A DNA stretch of 64,000 nucleotides, taken from an uncultured Solirubrobacterales bacterium. GTDB taxonomy: Bacteria > Actinomycetota > Thermoleophilia > Solirubrobacterales > Solirubrobacteraceae. This document shows, in pieces, positions 36,101 to 45,111 of the stretch. The stretch spans positions 218,009 to 282,008 of the forward strand of contig CAVWRC010000010.1 in NCBI GenBank assembly GCA_963757235.1. Reading direction: 5' to 3'. The notes under the pieces are model-generated. The model did no database searches. It was not told where the DNA came from and saw only the letters and a list, made by a program, of their open reading frames with translations. How positions within the stretch are numbered: the stretch's first letter is position 1; every line of letters begins with the position of its first letter. Made by a program: the position numbers and the translations under genes.

Positions 36101-37592
36101 CGGCCACAACGAGGCCGACGAGCCCGCCTACACCCAGCCCGAGATGTATCAGGAGATCAAGAAGCACCCGCCGGTGCGGGAGCTGTTCGCCCGGCAGTTG
36201 ATCGAGGAGGCTGTCGTATCCGAGCAGGAGTCGACCGAGCTGACCGATCAGGTCTGGGAGGTGCTCGCCGAGCAGCACCAGAGGCTCAAGGACCGGATCG
36301 CCGCCGCCAAGGACCTCAGGCACGCCACCGGCGAGTACGAGCTCGACCGCACGCCCTCGCCCGAGGTCAAGACCGCGGTTTCCTCCGACCGCCTCCGGGT
36401 GCTCAACGACGAGCTGCTCGCCGTGCCCGACGGCTTCACGATCCATCCCAAGCTGGTGCGCCAGCTCGAGCAGCGCCGCGAAGTGTTCTCCGGGGAGGGC
36501 GAGGAGGCCGGCACCGGCATCCTGTGGGCGCACGCCGAGTCGCTCGCCTACGCCTCGCTGCTCACCGAGGGCATTCCGATCCGCCTGACCGGCCAGGACA
36601 CCGAGCGTGGCACCTTCAGCCAGCGCCACCTCGTCCTGCACGACCCCAAGACCGGGCAGGAGCACTGCCCGATCCAGCACCTTCCGGGCGCGCTCGCCCC
36701 GATGGAGCTGCACAACAGCCCGCTGTCGGAGATGGGCTGCCTCGGCTTCGAGTACGGCTACTCGCAGGAGGCGCCCGAGACGCTCGTGCTCTGGGAGGCC
36801 CAGTTCGGCGATTTCGCCAACAGCGCGCAGGTGATCATCGACCAGTTCATCGTCTCGGGTCTGGCCAAATGGGGGCAGACCTCGCGCCTCACGCTGCTGC
36901 TCCCGCACGGCTACGAAGGCTCCGGGCCCGAGCACTCCTCGGCCCGGCTCGAGCGCTTCCTCCAGCTCGCCGCCGAGGGCAACATCCGCGTGGCCAACTG
37001 CACTACCCCGGCCCAGTACTTCCACCTGCTGCGACGCCAGGCCCGCGTCGCCAAGCAGCGCCCCCTGGTCATCATGACCCCCAAGAGCCTGCTGCGCCTG
37101 CCTCAGGCCACGAGCACGCTCAAGGAGCTGGCCGAGGGCCGCTTCCAGCCGGTGCTCGGCGAGGGGGACGTGCGCGATCCCGGTCAGGTCAAGCGGCTGA
37201 TCCTGTGCACCGGCAAGATCTACTACGAGCTCGCCACCCACGAGGCGCGCCAGGACAACCCGGCGGTCGCGATCGGCCGGGTCGAGTTGCTCTATCCCTT
37301 CCCGCAGTCCGAGATCCTGGCCCTGGCCGAGAGCTACCCGAACCTCGAGGAAGTCGTCTGGGTCCAGGAGGAGCCGCGCAACATGGGCGCGCGCGCCCAC
37401 ATGGGGCCGCGCCTCATGCAGATCCTGCCCCACCACCTGCGCTACGGCTACATCGGACGGCCCGAGCGGGCCGCCTCGGGCGAGGGCTACCCGGTGGCGC
37501 ACGCCGCCGAGCAGAACCGCATCATCTCGACGGCGCTCAACGCCGGCGAGGCCATCTCGCAGTACCCGCGCAAGTCCCCCGGCGACCGCTAG
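33177..37592 (+). CDS. kgd: multifunctional 2-oxoglutarate dehydrogenase (2x lipoyl + PSBD + E2 + E1)
   Basis: Two EISTDKV lipoyl motifs, ASPVARRVA...GRIVKADV, YDHRIIQG, GMAHRGRLN, HGDAAFPGQG, LPHGYEGSGPEHSS. Confidence 0.95.
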   Translation: MAVSSGTVQVVMPAMGDSVAEGTVLEWRKQEGDSVQADETLVEISTDKVDAEVPSPAAGRVVKIYAAEGDTVAVGAPLAEISTNGDGAENGSEVPATGVGVTPVSGESPPATAAEAVASATTEAEGVAAAQASTGELIDIVTPTGGESVTEGTILEWSVKVGDVVKQGDTVVEISTDKVDMELPAPATGTIAEILAQDGETVSVGQVIARMQASSGAPRCSASNGAPASGATSTGSGTAPVLTDGGSNASPVARRVAAQQGVDLSALTGTARGGRIVKADVLAAKGNGVPRAPGATATATAPAAATSEKPAGAQLIKGGAAALARYMDESRSIPTATSFRTLTVTTLAQRREQLKQAGLRVSFTHLVAYAIARAATDDMAVMAHHFADIDGKPHRIDDGACNLGLAVDVEKKDGSRTLMVPVIRDAGRQSFKEFLDAYNELVEKARTNTLTADDLTGANLSLTNPGGIGTIASVPRLMVGQGTIVATGAIGYPPGLGAIGEAIGAEKVMTMTSTYDHRIIQGAESGRFLQRIEALLAGEEGFYEQVFGDLGVALPALAPPKSPPTPVAAAGPAATDTGAPPAPGAMPDEELMQAVQAATSLLKAHRTHGHLAARLDPLGREPEGDPALDPQPLGLSPELMERIPAHILRMYVQGENLADALPHLRETYCGPIAYEIEHIASHRQRLWLREAIESGRFRPPLSTDEQKTLLRRLTEVDALERFMHKAYLGQKQFSIEGLDMTVPMLDELIQLSATRGAREVVIGMAHRGRLNVLAHNLGRPYDSIFAEFEGSSTLEPITTIPHGGTGDVKYHHGAQGAYQLPSGESIIVRLESNPSHLEFVAPVAAGATRAAQTTRQGPHAHRETNAAVPIILHGDAAFPGQGVVAETLNLQALDGYTVGGTIHIIQNNQVGFTTDPDDARSTTWASDLAKGFDVPIIHVNADDVPACIAAVRLAFAFRQEFGHDVLIDLIGYRRFGHNEADEPAYTQPEMYQEIKKHPPVRELFARQLIEEAVVSEQESTELTDQVWEVLAEQHQRLKDRIAAAKDLRHATGEYELDRTPSPEVKTAVSSDRLRVLNDELLAVPDGFTIHPKLVRQLEQRREVFSGEGEEAGTGILWAHAESLAYASLLTEGIPIRLTGQDTERGTFSQRHLVLHDPKTGQEHCPIQHLPGALAPMELHNSPLSEMGCLGFEYGYSQEAPETLVLWEAQFGDFANSAQVIIDQFIVSGLAKWGQTSRLTLLLPHGYEGSGPEHSSARLERFLQLAAEGNIRVANCTTPAQYFHLLRRQARVAKQRPLVIMTPKSLLRLPQATSTLKELAEGRFQPVLGEGDVRDPGQVKRLILCTGKIYYELATHEARQDNPAVAIGRVELLYPFPQSEILALAESYPNLEEVVWVQEEPRNMGARAHMGPRLMQILPHHLRYGYIGRPERAASGEGYPVAHAAEQNRIISTALNAGEAISQYPRKSPGDR

Positions 37593-37759
37593 TCGCTCCG
37601 CGCGGCCCGCCCCGGGCGGCTCGTCAGGCTCGTAACACGCCGCTCAGCGGCATTTTCTCACCCTGGCTGTCCTTTTCTGGCACCCTTCCGAGCATCGGCT
37701 TTCGTAGAGACGGATCGCGCAGAGACAATTCCCGGCGCCACCTCGCGCCCGCTTTCGGC

Positions 37760-38788
37760 GTGCACGACATGGCGATCGACCTCGGGACCGCCAACACGCT
37801 CGTGTATGTCGGCGGGCGTGGGATCGTGGTGTCCGAGCCCTCGGTGGTCGCCTCCGACGTTGACACCGGTCTCGTCCATGCGGTGGGCGCCGACGCCGAG
37901 CGGATGATCGGGCGCACACCGGCCACGATCGCGGCCACCCGGCCGCTTCGGCACGGGGTGATCGCCGACTTCGAGGTCACAGAGGAGATGCTGCGCTACT
38001 TCATCCGCAAGGTGATCGACCGCCGGATGGCGCATCCGCGGCTGATCGTGTGCGCCCCGTCGGGGGTGACCGAGGTCGAGAAGCGGGCGGTCGAGGAGGC
38101 CTCGCTCGCGGCCGGCGCGCGGCGCGTGCACCTGATCGAGGAGCCGATCGCGGCGGCGATCGGGGCTGGGCTCGGAATCGACGAACCGCTGGGGCGGATG
38201 GTCGTCGACGTCGGCGGCGGCACGAGTGAGATGGCGGTCATCTCGCTCGGCGGGATCGTGGTGTCGCGCTCGGTTCGCGTCGGCGGCTACGAGATGGACG
38301 AGGCGATCACCTCCTACCTGCGCGGCGCCTACCAGCTGGCCATCGGATCGAGGACCGCTGAGCGGATCAAGATCGAGAGCGGCTCGGTAACGCCGCTGCA
38401 TCCCGAAGAGACGATCGAGGTCCGGGGCCGGCACCTGGTGACCGGGCTGCCGACCGCGGTCGAGCTGCACTCGGAGGAGGTCCGCGCCGCGATCATGGCC
38501 CCGGTGCGCGAGATCATGCGGGCCATCCGCGAGACGCTTGAGGAGACGCCGCCCGAGCTGGCCTCGGACATCGCCAAGGACGGGATCCTGCTCGCCGGCG
38601 GCGGCACGATGATTCGCGGCTTCCAGGAGCTGGTGGCCGGGGAGACCGGAATGCCTGTGTACTCGGCCGAGTCGCCGCTGACGTGCGTCGCCTTCGGGTC
38701 AGGCCAGGCGCTCGCGCACTTCGACCAGCTGACTCGGGCGGGCCGCCACCGGGTCCCCAGCCTCACGTCCGACTGGCGCACGGCGTAG
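37760..38788 (+). CDS. mreB: rod-shape actin-like protein MreB/Mbl
   Basis: DMAIDLGTANT, APSGVTEVEKRAV, EEPIAAAIG, VDVGGGT; start at GTG 37760 or ATG 37769. Confidence 0.93.
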   Translation: MHDMAIDLGTANTLVYVGGRGIVVSEPSVVASDVDTGLVHAVGADAERMIGRTPATIAATRPLRHGVIADFEVTEEMLRYFIRKVIDRRMAHPRLIVCAPSGVTEVEKRAVEEASLAAGARRVHLIEEPIAAAIGAGLGIDEPLGRMVVDVGGGTSEMAVISLGGIVVSRSVRVGGYEMDEAITSYLRGAYQLAIGSRTAERIKIESGSVTPLHPEETIEVRGRHLVTGLPTAVELHSEEVRAAIMAPVREIMRAIRETLEETPPELASDIAKDGILLAGGGTMIRGFQELVAGETGMPVYSAESPLTCVAFGSGQALAHFDQLTRAGRHRVPSLTSDWRTA

Positions 38789-40105
38789 GCGGGCGATCAG
38801 CCAGTCCACCACCGCCGATAGGCCGGCGGCGGCGAGCAGGATCAGAAACGGGTCGACCGGCTCCCGGAACCTCGGCGTCTCGACGTTGACCAGGACGACG
38901 CTGAGCCCGAGCAGCAGCGGGATGACCCAAACCCACCACGGCGCTGAGCGCGCCCGCCTGGTGGCCAGGGCGAACAGCGCGAGCCCGCACAGGATCCAGA
39001 AGCTGGTCACGCCGGTTCGGGCCACGTCGGGGGTCAGCGAGACCGCGGCCGCCGACGCCTTCCAGGCGACGGCGCCCTCGAGCTCGAACAGCCGCAGCGT
39101 GTTGTGGTAGCCGACCTCGAGCGGGCTCAGCGGATGCTGCGCGATGTAGTGCAGGGCCTGGCTCTGGAGCTTTGAGCCGAGCTGCGGCTCGGTCATGCGG
39201 CTCTCGTGGTGGATCAACGACCCTTCGTGCGGGATGCCGTAAAAGATCCGCCACTTGTACGGCACCTGCGGGTTGGCGGCGGAGGCCACGTTGTAGGTGC
39301 CGACCAGCGTGATTCCGGTCTCGTCGGAGACCGGGATGAACGTATGCATGACCAGGGCATTGCGGATCGTCCAGGGCAGGATCGTGAGCGCGGTCATCCC
39401 GACGAGCAGCGCCGGTGCCGCGAGCGAACGGACCTTGATTAATTTCCCGCCCACCCGACGCACCGTCCAGACGGCCGGGATCAGCCCGACAAGGATCAGG
39501 ACTCCGTTCTCGTGGGTCAGCGTGGCCAGCCCGGCCAGTACGCCGGTGCCGGCGACCCAGCCGTACCTGGCCGCGCCCGAGGCCGCCCGGCGGGCCCGCA
39601 GCGCGGTGTACAGGGCGGCTAGCACGAGTGGTGTGAGGAGGTTCTCGGCCGCGATCACGCTGGCCAGCTCGGTGAACACCGGGTACACCGCGGCGAGCAG
39701 GAGCGCGATCAGCCCTGCGGTGGCCCCGAACAGCTCGAACGCGACCAGCCCGACCAGCGCCACCGCGATCGTCCCCAGCACCGCCTGGGAGTCGCGAATG
39801 GGCTGGATCGCCGGTCCCCGCCTGACCGCGTGGCCGTCGATCAGGTCGACCAGGCCTAGGAAGTACGGGAACCCGGGAGCGAAGTAGGCGCTCGGGCCGC
39901 GCGTGCCGCCCGCCCCCGAGCCGGGGGTCGTCTTCAGCGAGTAGTCGCCGGTCCGAGCGACGTAGGAGGCGATCGTCAGGTAGGAGCCGGCGTCGTTGAT
40001 CGGCTTGTACGGCATGCGGTGGGCGGCCTCGATGCGCAGGACGAACGCGAGGATCAGGATGCCCGCGATCAGACCGGCTCCGAGCGCGCGTCGGCCACTC
40101 ACCAC
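38699..40105 (-). CDS. GT-C (ArnT/GT39-like) glycosyltransferase
   Basis: NDAGSY, PGFPYF, SENL-type motif, PWTIRN, PRFREP. Confidence 0.8.
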   Translation of the reverse strand: MVSGRRALGAGLIAGILILAFVLRIEAAHRMPYKPINDAGSYLTIASYVARTGDYSLKTTPGSGAGGTRGPSAYFAPGFPYFLGLVDLIDGHAVRRGPAIQPIRDSQAVLGTIAVALVGLVAFELFGATAGLIALLLAAVYPVFTELASVIAAENLLTPLVLAALYTALRARRAASGAARYGWVAGTGVLAGLATLTHENGVLILVGLIPAVWTVRRVGGKLIKVRSLAAPALLVGMTALTILPWTIRNALVMHTFIPVSDETGITLVGTYNVASAANPQVPYKWRIFYGIPHEGSLIHHESRMTEPQLGSKLQSQALHYIAQHPLSPLEVGYHNTLRLFELEGAVAWKASAAAVSLTPDVARTGVTSFWILCGLALFALATRRARSAPWWVWVIPLLLGLSVVLVNVETPRFREPVDPFLILLAAAGLSAVVDWLIARLRRAPVGREAGDPVAARPSQLVEVRERLA

Positions 40106-40204
40106 GCCCGGAGATTACGGCGTGATGGGGGGAAAGTCGGCGCCAAGGCTCCGCGGCCAGGCGCTGCCGACCATTTCATCATCGCCGCTAACGCGGCCGC
40201 GGGA

Positions 40205-41341
40205 TCAGTGGACCCCGACGATGCCGGAGCAGACCCAGTTAGACGAACCGGCGCCACCATTCCAGACCTGCGCCGCTCGCTGATCCTGGAGCGACTTGGG
40301 CGCCTGGTAGGCCTGGCTGTAGCCGCCGTAGTCGTTCCAGGTCCCGGGCATGAACTGGTAGTAGCCCGACGCGCCGGCGCTGTTGGGGGTCAGGTCCTGA
40401 CCGCCGGACTCGCAGTTCACGACCGAATACGGGATCGACCAGCGGCCGCCGGCGCCATAACTTGGTCCGTCCGGGGTCGGAGCGCCGGATCCGCCGCCAC
40501 CGCCACCGCCACCGCCACCGCCACCGCCCGCGCCAGTGGACTGCTCGGCCTGCGCCGCGCGCTCGGCCGCGGCCTGCTCGGCTTGAATATGGCTGATCTC
40601 GGAGGCCAGCGCGGCGCCGCGCGCGCGACTCGCCGCCAGGGCGTTCTGCTGGGCGATTCGGGCGTCCTGAAGCGCTCCCTGCCGTGACTGCAAGAGCTGG
40701 TTCATGCTGGCCAGGGCGAGCACGCGCTGGCTCGTGGCCAGAGTCATCTCGCGGTCGCTCGCGCGCAGACCGGTCAGGCGAACGGCGGCGGCGTTCGCGT
40801 CGGCCTTGGCCTTCCGTGTGATCGTGATGATCGTCTGCTGCTGCTTCTGGGCGTCGCGCAGGTAGGTGAGGTTGTCGAGCAGGGCGGTGAAGCCGCTCGA
40901 CTCGAGCACGACCGAGACCAGGTCGGGTCTCGACTGCTCGTAGTTCGACACGAGCTGGCGGCTGAGGAGCACGCGAGACCAGGCCAGGCGCTGCTTGAGC
41001 ACCGCCAGCAGGTGCTCCTCGCGGGTCAGCGCGACCTCGACCGCGGCCAGCTGGGCCCGGTCCCGCGCCAGGTCGGCCCGTACCGCGGCCTCCCGGGATT
41101 GCACGAGCGAGATCTGGCCGGTCAGCGAGCTGATCAGCCCCGACAGGCTGTTGATGCTGCTCGCCAGGCTCGACTGGTGGGCCTGCTCGGCCCCCAGCTG
41201 CTGGTTCAGCGTCCCGAGGCTGGGGTCGGCATTCGAAATATCTGGTCCGGCCCACCCCATCGCCACGAGGCCGGCGGCGGCCGCCAGCGCGGCCACACCG
41301 GCCACCAGCGAGCGAGGGATCGTGCGCCTTCTGAAGTTCAT
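40205..41341 (-). CDS. secreted coiled-coil protein with an Rpf-like transglycosylase domain
   Basis: Signal peptide, long coiled coil, Gly linker, VVNCESGG...ASGYYQFMPGTW...QDQRAAQVWNGGAGSSNW. Confidence 0.88.
   Translation of the reverse strand: MNFRRRTIPRSLVAGVAALAAAAGLVAMGWAGPDISNADPSLGTLNQQLGAEQAHQSSLASSINSLSGLISSLTGQISLVQSREAAVRADLARDRAQLAAVEVALTREEHLLAVLKQRLAWSRVLLSRQLVSNYEQSRPDLVSVVLESSGFTALLDNLTYLRDAQKQQQTIITITRKAKADANAAAVRLTGLRASDREMTLATSQRVLALASMNQLLQSRQGALQDARIAQQNALAASRARGAALASEISHIQAEQAAAERAAQAEQSTGAGGGGGGGGGGGGGSGAPTPDGPSYGAGGRWSIPYSVVNCESGGQDLTPNSAGASGYYQFMPGTWNDYGGYSQAYQAPKSLQDQRAAQVWNGGAGSSNWVCSGIVGVH
40494..40523. repeat. (CCGCCA)5 tandem repeat encoding a poly-Gly linker
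   Basis: Direct reading of the sequence. Confidence 0.9.
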
Positions 41342-41347
41342 ATTCGT

Positions 41348-41478
41348 TGCCTACGGGGTTAGCTGTCGGGCTCGCGCGGCGGCTCGCGCTACACGGCCAT
41401 CAGGCCGCGATTCGCCCCCAGGGAACTTGTGGGTCCCCCGTTTTCCCGCACAGTGCACGGGAAATTCGGCGAGCGCAC
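41348..41478 (-). ncRNA. cyclic di-AMP (ydaO/yuaA) riboswitch
   Basis: Minus strand: cgccgaatttccc...gggaaaacgggggaccc...ctgggggcgaat...gtagcg...gagcccgacagctaaccccgtaggc, directly 5' of the Rpf gene. Confidence 0.88.
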
Positions 41479-41525
41479 CTTATCAAGAGTTGACGCGCCG
41501 GTGATTGACCATTGGCGGCGGCGCC

Positions 41526-42326
41526 TCAGGCCGTTGCCCGGTTACGGCGAGCGAAGCGCCAGGCCCGCCCGGTCGCGTAGGCCGCGGCGCTGGCCGTGCC
41601 GACGAAGAACCCGACCGGCCAGTCGGTCTGGTAGGACAGCGCGATCGCCGCCCACACGACGATCAGCGCGATCGCGACCGACATCGTCATCGCCACCCAG
41701 GGTCGGTTGGTGAACGCCCGAGCCGCCGCCGGCGGGCCGATCATGAGGCTGAAGATGAGCGCGGTTCCAACGACCGGGACGGTCATGGTGGTGGTGAGCG
41801 CGACGAGCAGCAGGAAACCCAGCTCGATGCCAAACGGGGCGACCCCCCTGGCCTGGGCGCTGTCGGGCAGGGCCGAGGAGAGCAGCAGCGGGCGGTAGAG
41901 AACGGCGAGCGCGGCCAGGCTGACGCCCGCCAGCGCGATCGTCGGCCCGAGCTGGTTGGTGCTGATCCCGAGCACCTCGCCGAACAGCAGCGAGTAGATC
42001 TCCGGGGCGTACTCGACGCTGAAGCTTAGAAATAGAGCGCCCAAGCCGAGCATGAACACAAGCGTCAGCGCGGTGGCCACGTCGTGGCGCCCCCGCCGCC
42101 CGAGAAATCCGATCCCGAGCGCCCCGCCGAGCGAGAACACGCCGAGCCCGATGAGGGCGTTGACGCCGATCAGGCTGGCGGCGGCCGCGCCGGCGAACGA
42201 GCCGTTGGGAACCGCGTGGGCGACGAACGCCGAGCCTCGGAGCACGACGAAGAACCCGACCGCGCCGCCGACCACGGCCACGATCGTGGCCACGATCCAG
42301 GCGTTGACCATGAAGCCGGAGAACAC
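41526..42326 (-). CDS. Zn/Mn ABC transporter permease
   Basis: GFFVVLRGSAFVAHA, LLFGEVLGI, GPPAAA. Confidence 0.9.
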   Translation of the reverse strand: MFSGFMVNAWIVATIVAVVGGAVGFFVVLRGSAFVAHAVPNGSFAGAAAASLIGVNALIGLGVFSLGGALGIGFLGRRGRHDVATALTLVFMLGLGALFLSFSVEYAPEIYSLLFGEVLGISTNQLGPTIALAGVSLAALAVLYRPLLLSSALPDSAQARGVAPFGIELGFLLLVALTTTMTVPVVGTALIFSLMIGPPAAARAFTNRPWVAMTMSVAIALIVVWAAIALSYQTDWPVGFFVGTASAAAYATGRAWRFARRNRATA

Positions 42327-43226
42327 TCAGCTCACCTGGGTGGGCGGGGATCCAGTCCGCCGGGAGCCGGCCCGCGCGGAGATCAACCGCGAGGCCAAGT
42401 AGGCGACCAGCACGATCGTGACCACGAAGAAGCTGACTGGCCAGCCGTGGTGGAGCGGCGGCCAGTAGTAGCTGTCGTAGGCGAGCAGGATCCCGAGCCA
42501 CATCGCACCGATCCCAACCAGCCCGGCGGTGAGGATCGCGCGGCCGGGACGCCGGGTGAGCTGGAGCGCGGTGGCGGCCGGCCCGACGAGCAGCGCGGTC
42601 GACAGGATCGCCCCAATCGTGAGCGCCGACAAGGCCACCGCGAGCGCCATCGCGAGCAGATAGAGCGCGCCGATCAGCCGGACCCGGAGTCGGCGGGCGG
42701 AGGCGAGGTCGGGGCTCACCGACACCAGCAAGAGCGGCCGGTAGAGAACAGCCACGATCCCCAGCGCCAGGGTGCCGAAGACCGCGGCGAGCGGCAGCGC
42801 CGAGCTTGAGAGGGTGAACGGCGACCCGAACAGGACGGTCACGGTCGCACCCGTTGTGTTGTCGTAGATGGTGCCGAGGTACAGGAACAGGGCGGCCAGC
42901 CCGAAGCCGGCGCCGAGCACGATCCCGGTGGCCAGATCGCGGCCTCGGGCGCGCTGAATCCCGATGAGCTCCATGATCCCCGCCGCCGCGACCGTGACCG
43001 CCATGAATCCCCACAGCGGGTTGACGCCCACCAGGTAGGAGCTCGAGCCGCCGGCGGCCCCAAGGTCGCCGAGCGCCTCGCCCGCGAACGACTGGGCGCG
43101 GATCACGGTGAACACGCCGACGCAGCCCGCGACGATCGCCACCACCGCGCCCACGGCCGCGGCCAGCTCCACCGAGGAGTTAGCGAAGAAGCCGGGCTCG
43201 ACGATCGCCCTGAGCACGTGATGCAT
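42327..43226 (-). CDS. Zn/Mn ABC transporter permease
   Basis: GVFTVIRAQSFAGEAL, LLVGPAATA. Confidence 0.9.
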   Translation of the reverse strand: MHHVLRAIVEPGFFANSSVELAAAVGAVVAIVAGCVGVFTVIRAQSFAGEALGDLGAAGGSSSYLVGVNPLWGFMAVTVAAAGIMELIGIQRARGRDLATGIVLGAGFGLAALFLYLGTIYDNTTGATVTVLFGSPFTLSSSALPLAAVFGTLALGIVAVLYRPLLLVSVSPDLASARRLRVRLIGALYLLAMALAVALSALTIGAILSTALLVGPAATALQLTRRPGRAILTAGLVGIGAMWLGILLAYDSYYWPPLHHGWPVSFFVVTIVLVAYLASRLISARAGSRRTGSPPTQVS

Positions 43227-43232
43227 GTCGCG

Positions 43233-44096
43233 CTAAGTGACGATCTCGACCGCGCCCGGGCCCTCGTCTGAGAGCGCGGGCAACGTGTGCTCGTCGTGCC
43301 CGGTGCCGGCGACCACGATCACGCGCCCGTGCACCCGGAGCACGTCGACGTGGTGGCCGTAGAGGTGGCTCAGAACCTCAGAGCGGACGACCTCCTGCAC
43401 CGACCCGCTGGCGGCGCGACCGGCCGCGAGGTAGACGATCCGATCCATCACCGGCAGCAGCGGGTTCATCTCGTGGGCCGAGATCAGCACCGCGATCTGC
43501 TGCTCGGACGCGATCCGCCCCAGCAGGTCGACGACCTCCTGAGCGGCACGCAGGTCCAGGTTGGCCAGCGGCTCGTCGAGTAGGAGCAGGCTGGGCCTGC
43601 TGATCAGGGCGTGCGCGATCAGGATCCGCTGCTGCTCGCCGCCCGAGAGCTGACCGACCCGGGCGTCTGCGAACTGGCGCGCATCGACCGCATCGACCAT
43701 CTCCTGGACGCAGGCCCGGCGGGCTTTCGAGGGCAGTGGGAGTCCGAGGCGGTGGCCGTCGAGTCCCAGGGCGATCAGGTCGCGGCCGCGCAGCGGCATG
43801 TCGGGATCGAGCAGGAACTTCTGCGGGACGTACCCAACGGCGCCCGAGCGGTTTCCGGTGCCTTGTGCGGGGCCCACTCGCACGCGTCCGGAGAGGGGCG
43901 ACTGGAGGCCAAGGATCACTCGGAACAGGGTGGTCTTGCCGGCGCCGTTAGCCCCGATCAAGCCGGTGAACTCGCCGGCGCGCACCGCGAAGCTGACGTC
44001 GTCGAGCACGGTGCGGCCGCCCAATCGCACCGTGACGTCCTCGACGCTGAGCGCGTCCTGGGGCGTCTCGGTCGCGAGGACGAGCTTGGCGCTCAT
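43233..44096 (-). CDS. Zn/Mn ABC transporter ATP-binding protein
   Basis: GANGAGKT, LSGGEQQR, LLLLDEP; ATG 44096 overlaps the upstream TGA. Confidence 0.92.
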   Translation of the reverse strand: MSAKLVLATETPQDALSVEDVTVRLGGRTVLDDVSFAVRAGEFTGLIGANGAGKTTLFRVILGLQSPLSGRVRVGPAQGTGNRSGAVGYVPQKFLLDPDMPLRGRDLIALGLDGHRLGLPLPSKARRACVQEMVDAVDARQFADARVGQLSGGEQQRILIAHALISRPSLLLLDEPLANLDLRAAQEVVDLLGRIASEQQIAVLISAHEMNPLLPVMDRIVYLAAGRAASGSVQEVVRSEVLSHLYGHHVDVLRVHGRVIVVAGTGHDEHTLPALSDEGPGAVEIVT

Positions 44097-45036
44097 TGCA
44101 GTCTCTCGGTCGACACCCGGTCCGCCACCGCCCTTTGAAGCGCCTTGACCTCGGCCAGCATCCACGATTGGTAGTCGTAGCCGGGAACTGGCATCGTCTC
44201 GTACACCCCCACGACCGGGATCCCATCCTGATGTGCCGTGGCCAGGAGCGACTGCGTCAGCGAGTCGGTGACCTGCTGGTTGTAGAGGAACACCTTGACC
44301 TTGTGTCCCGAGAACAGCCCGTTCTGGAGGGTCACGTCCTGGGGAGAGGGGTCGACGCCGTTCATGACGTCGGCTTGGAAGGTGAATGGGGTCAGGTTCA
44401 CCGTCCCGGCCGCATCGAGCATGTAGTCGCCGACCGGCTCGGTGGTCGCGACCGCGGTGTGGGGGTATTTCGCTGCGAACGCCTTCAGGGCGGCATACCA
44501 GGGCTGGAGCGAGGCGTCGAACGTCTTCGCGTTGGCCGCGAAGTAGGCGGCGTGGGACGGCTGCGATCGCCGACAGGTCCTCGACGAGCGCTTGCGCGAC
44601 CGCGGGCATCGTCCGCGGCATGTACCACAGGTGCGGGTTCGGCGTCGAATCCGGCAGCGCCGAGCAGCGTCTGGACGTCGATGATCTTGCGCGAGGCGCC
44701 GGGCGAGGCCGACTCGATCTTGTTCATGAACGTGTCGTAGCCGACCCCGTTCTGCACGATCAGCCGCGCCGACGCGACTTCCTGGGCGACGCTGGGGCTG
44801 GCCTCGAACGTGTGCGGGTCGGTGTTCGGGTTGCTCTCGATCGCGCTGACGGCCACGTAGCGCCCGCCGATTTGGGAGATGACGTTCGCGTATTCGTTCT
44901 CTGCGCCGACGGCGACGATCTGGCCGGCCTTGGCGCTCGTCGCCCCAGTCGCGGTCGCTCCGCATCCGGCCGTCGCGACGCCGGCGGCGAGCGATAGGAG
45001 GACCACGAAGGCTGAATATCGGCTGATCCGCTTCAC
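44093..45036 (-). pseudogene. Zn/Mn ABC substrate-binding lipoprotein, doubly frameshifted
   Basis: AGC lipobox, NTDPHTFE, NPHLWY, YNQQVT are spread over three frames; extra bases at about 44658 and 44564. Pseudogene or sequencing error. Confidence 0.8.
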
Positions 45037-45053
45037 GGCACGCTAGTCTAACA

Positions 45054-45073
45054 GAGAATGAGACCGATTCTCA
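45054..45073. promoter_or_regulatory. Fur/Zur-like box
   Basis: GAGAAT-N7-ATTCTC overlapping TGAGA-N5-TCTCA, between the divergent ABC operon and the Fur-family gene. Confidence 0.6.
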
Positions 45074-45111
45074 CTCTTGAGTTACACGACGCTCCGGCCG
45101 CTGGGGCCGAC

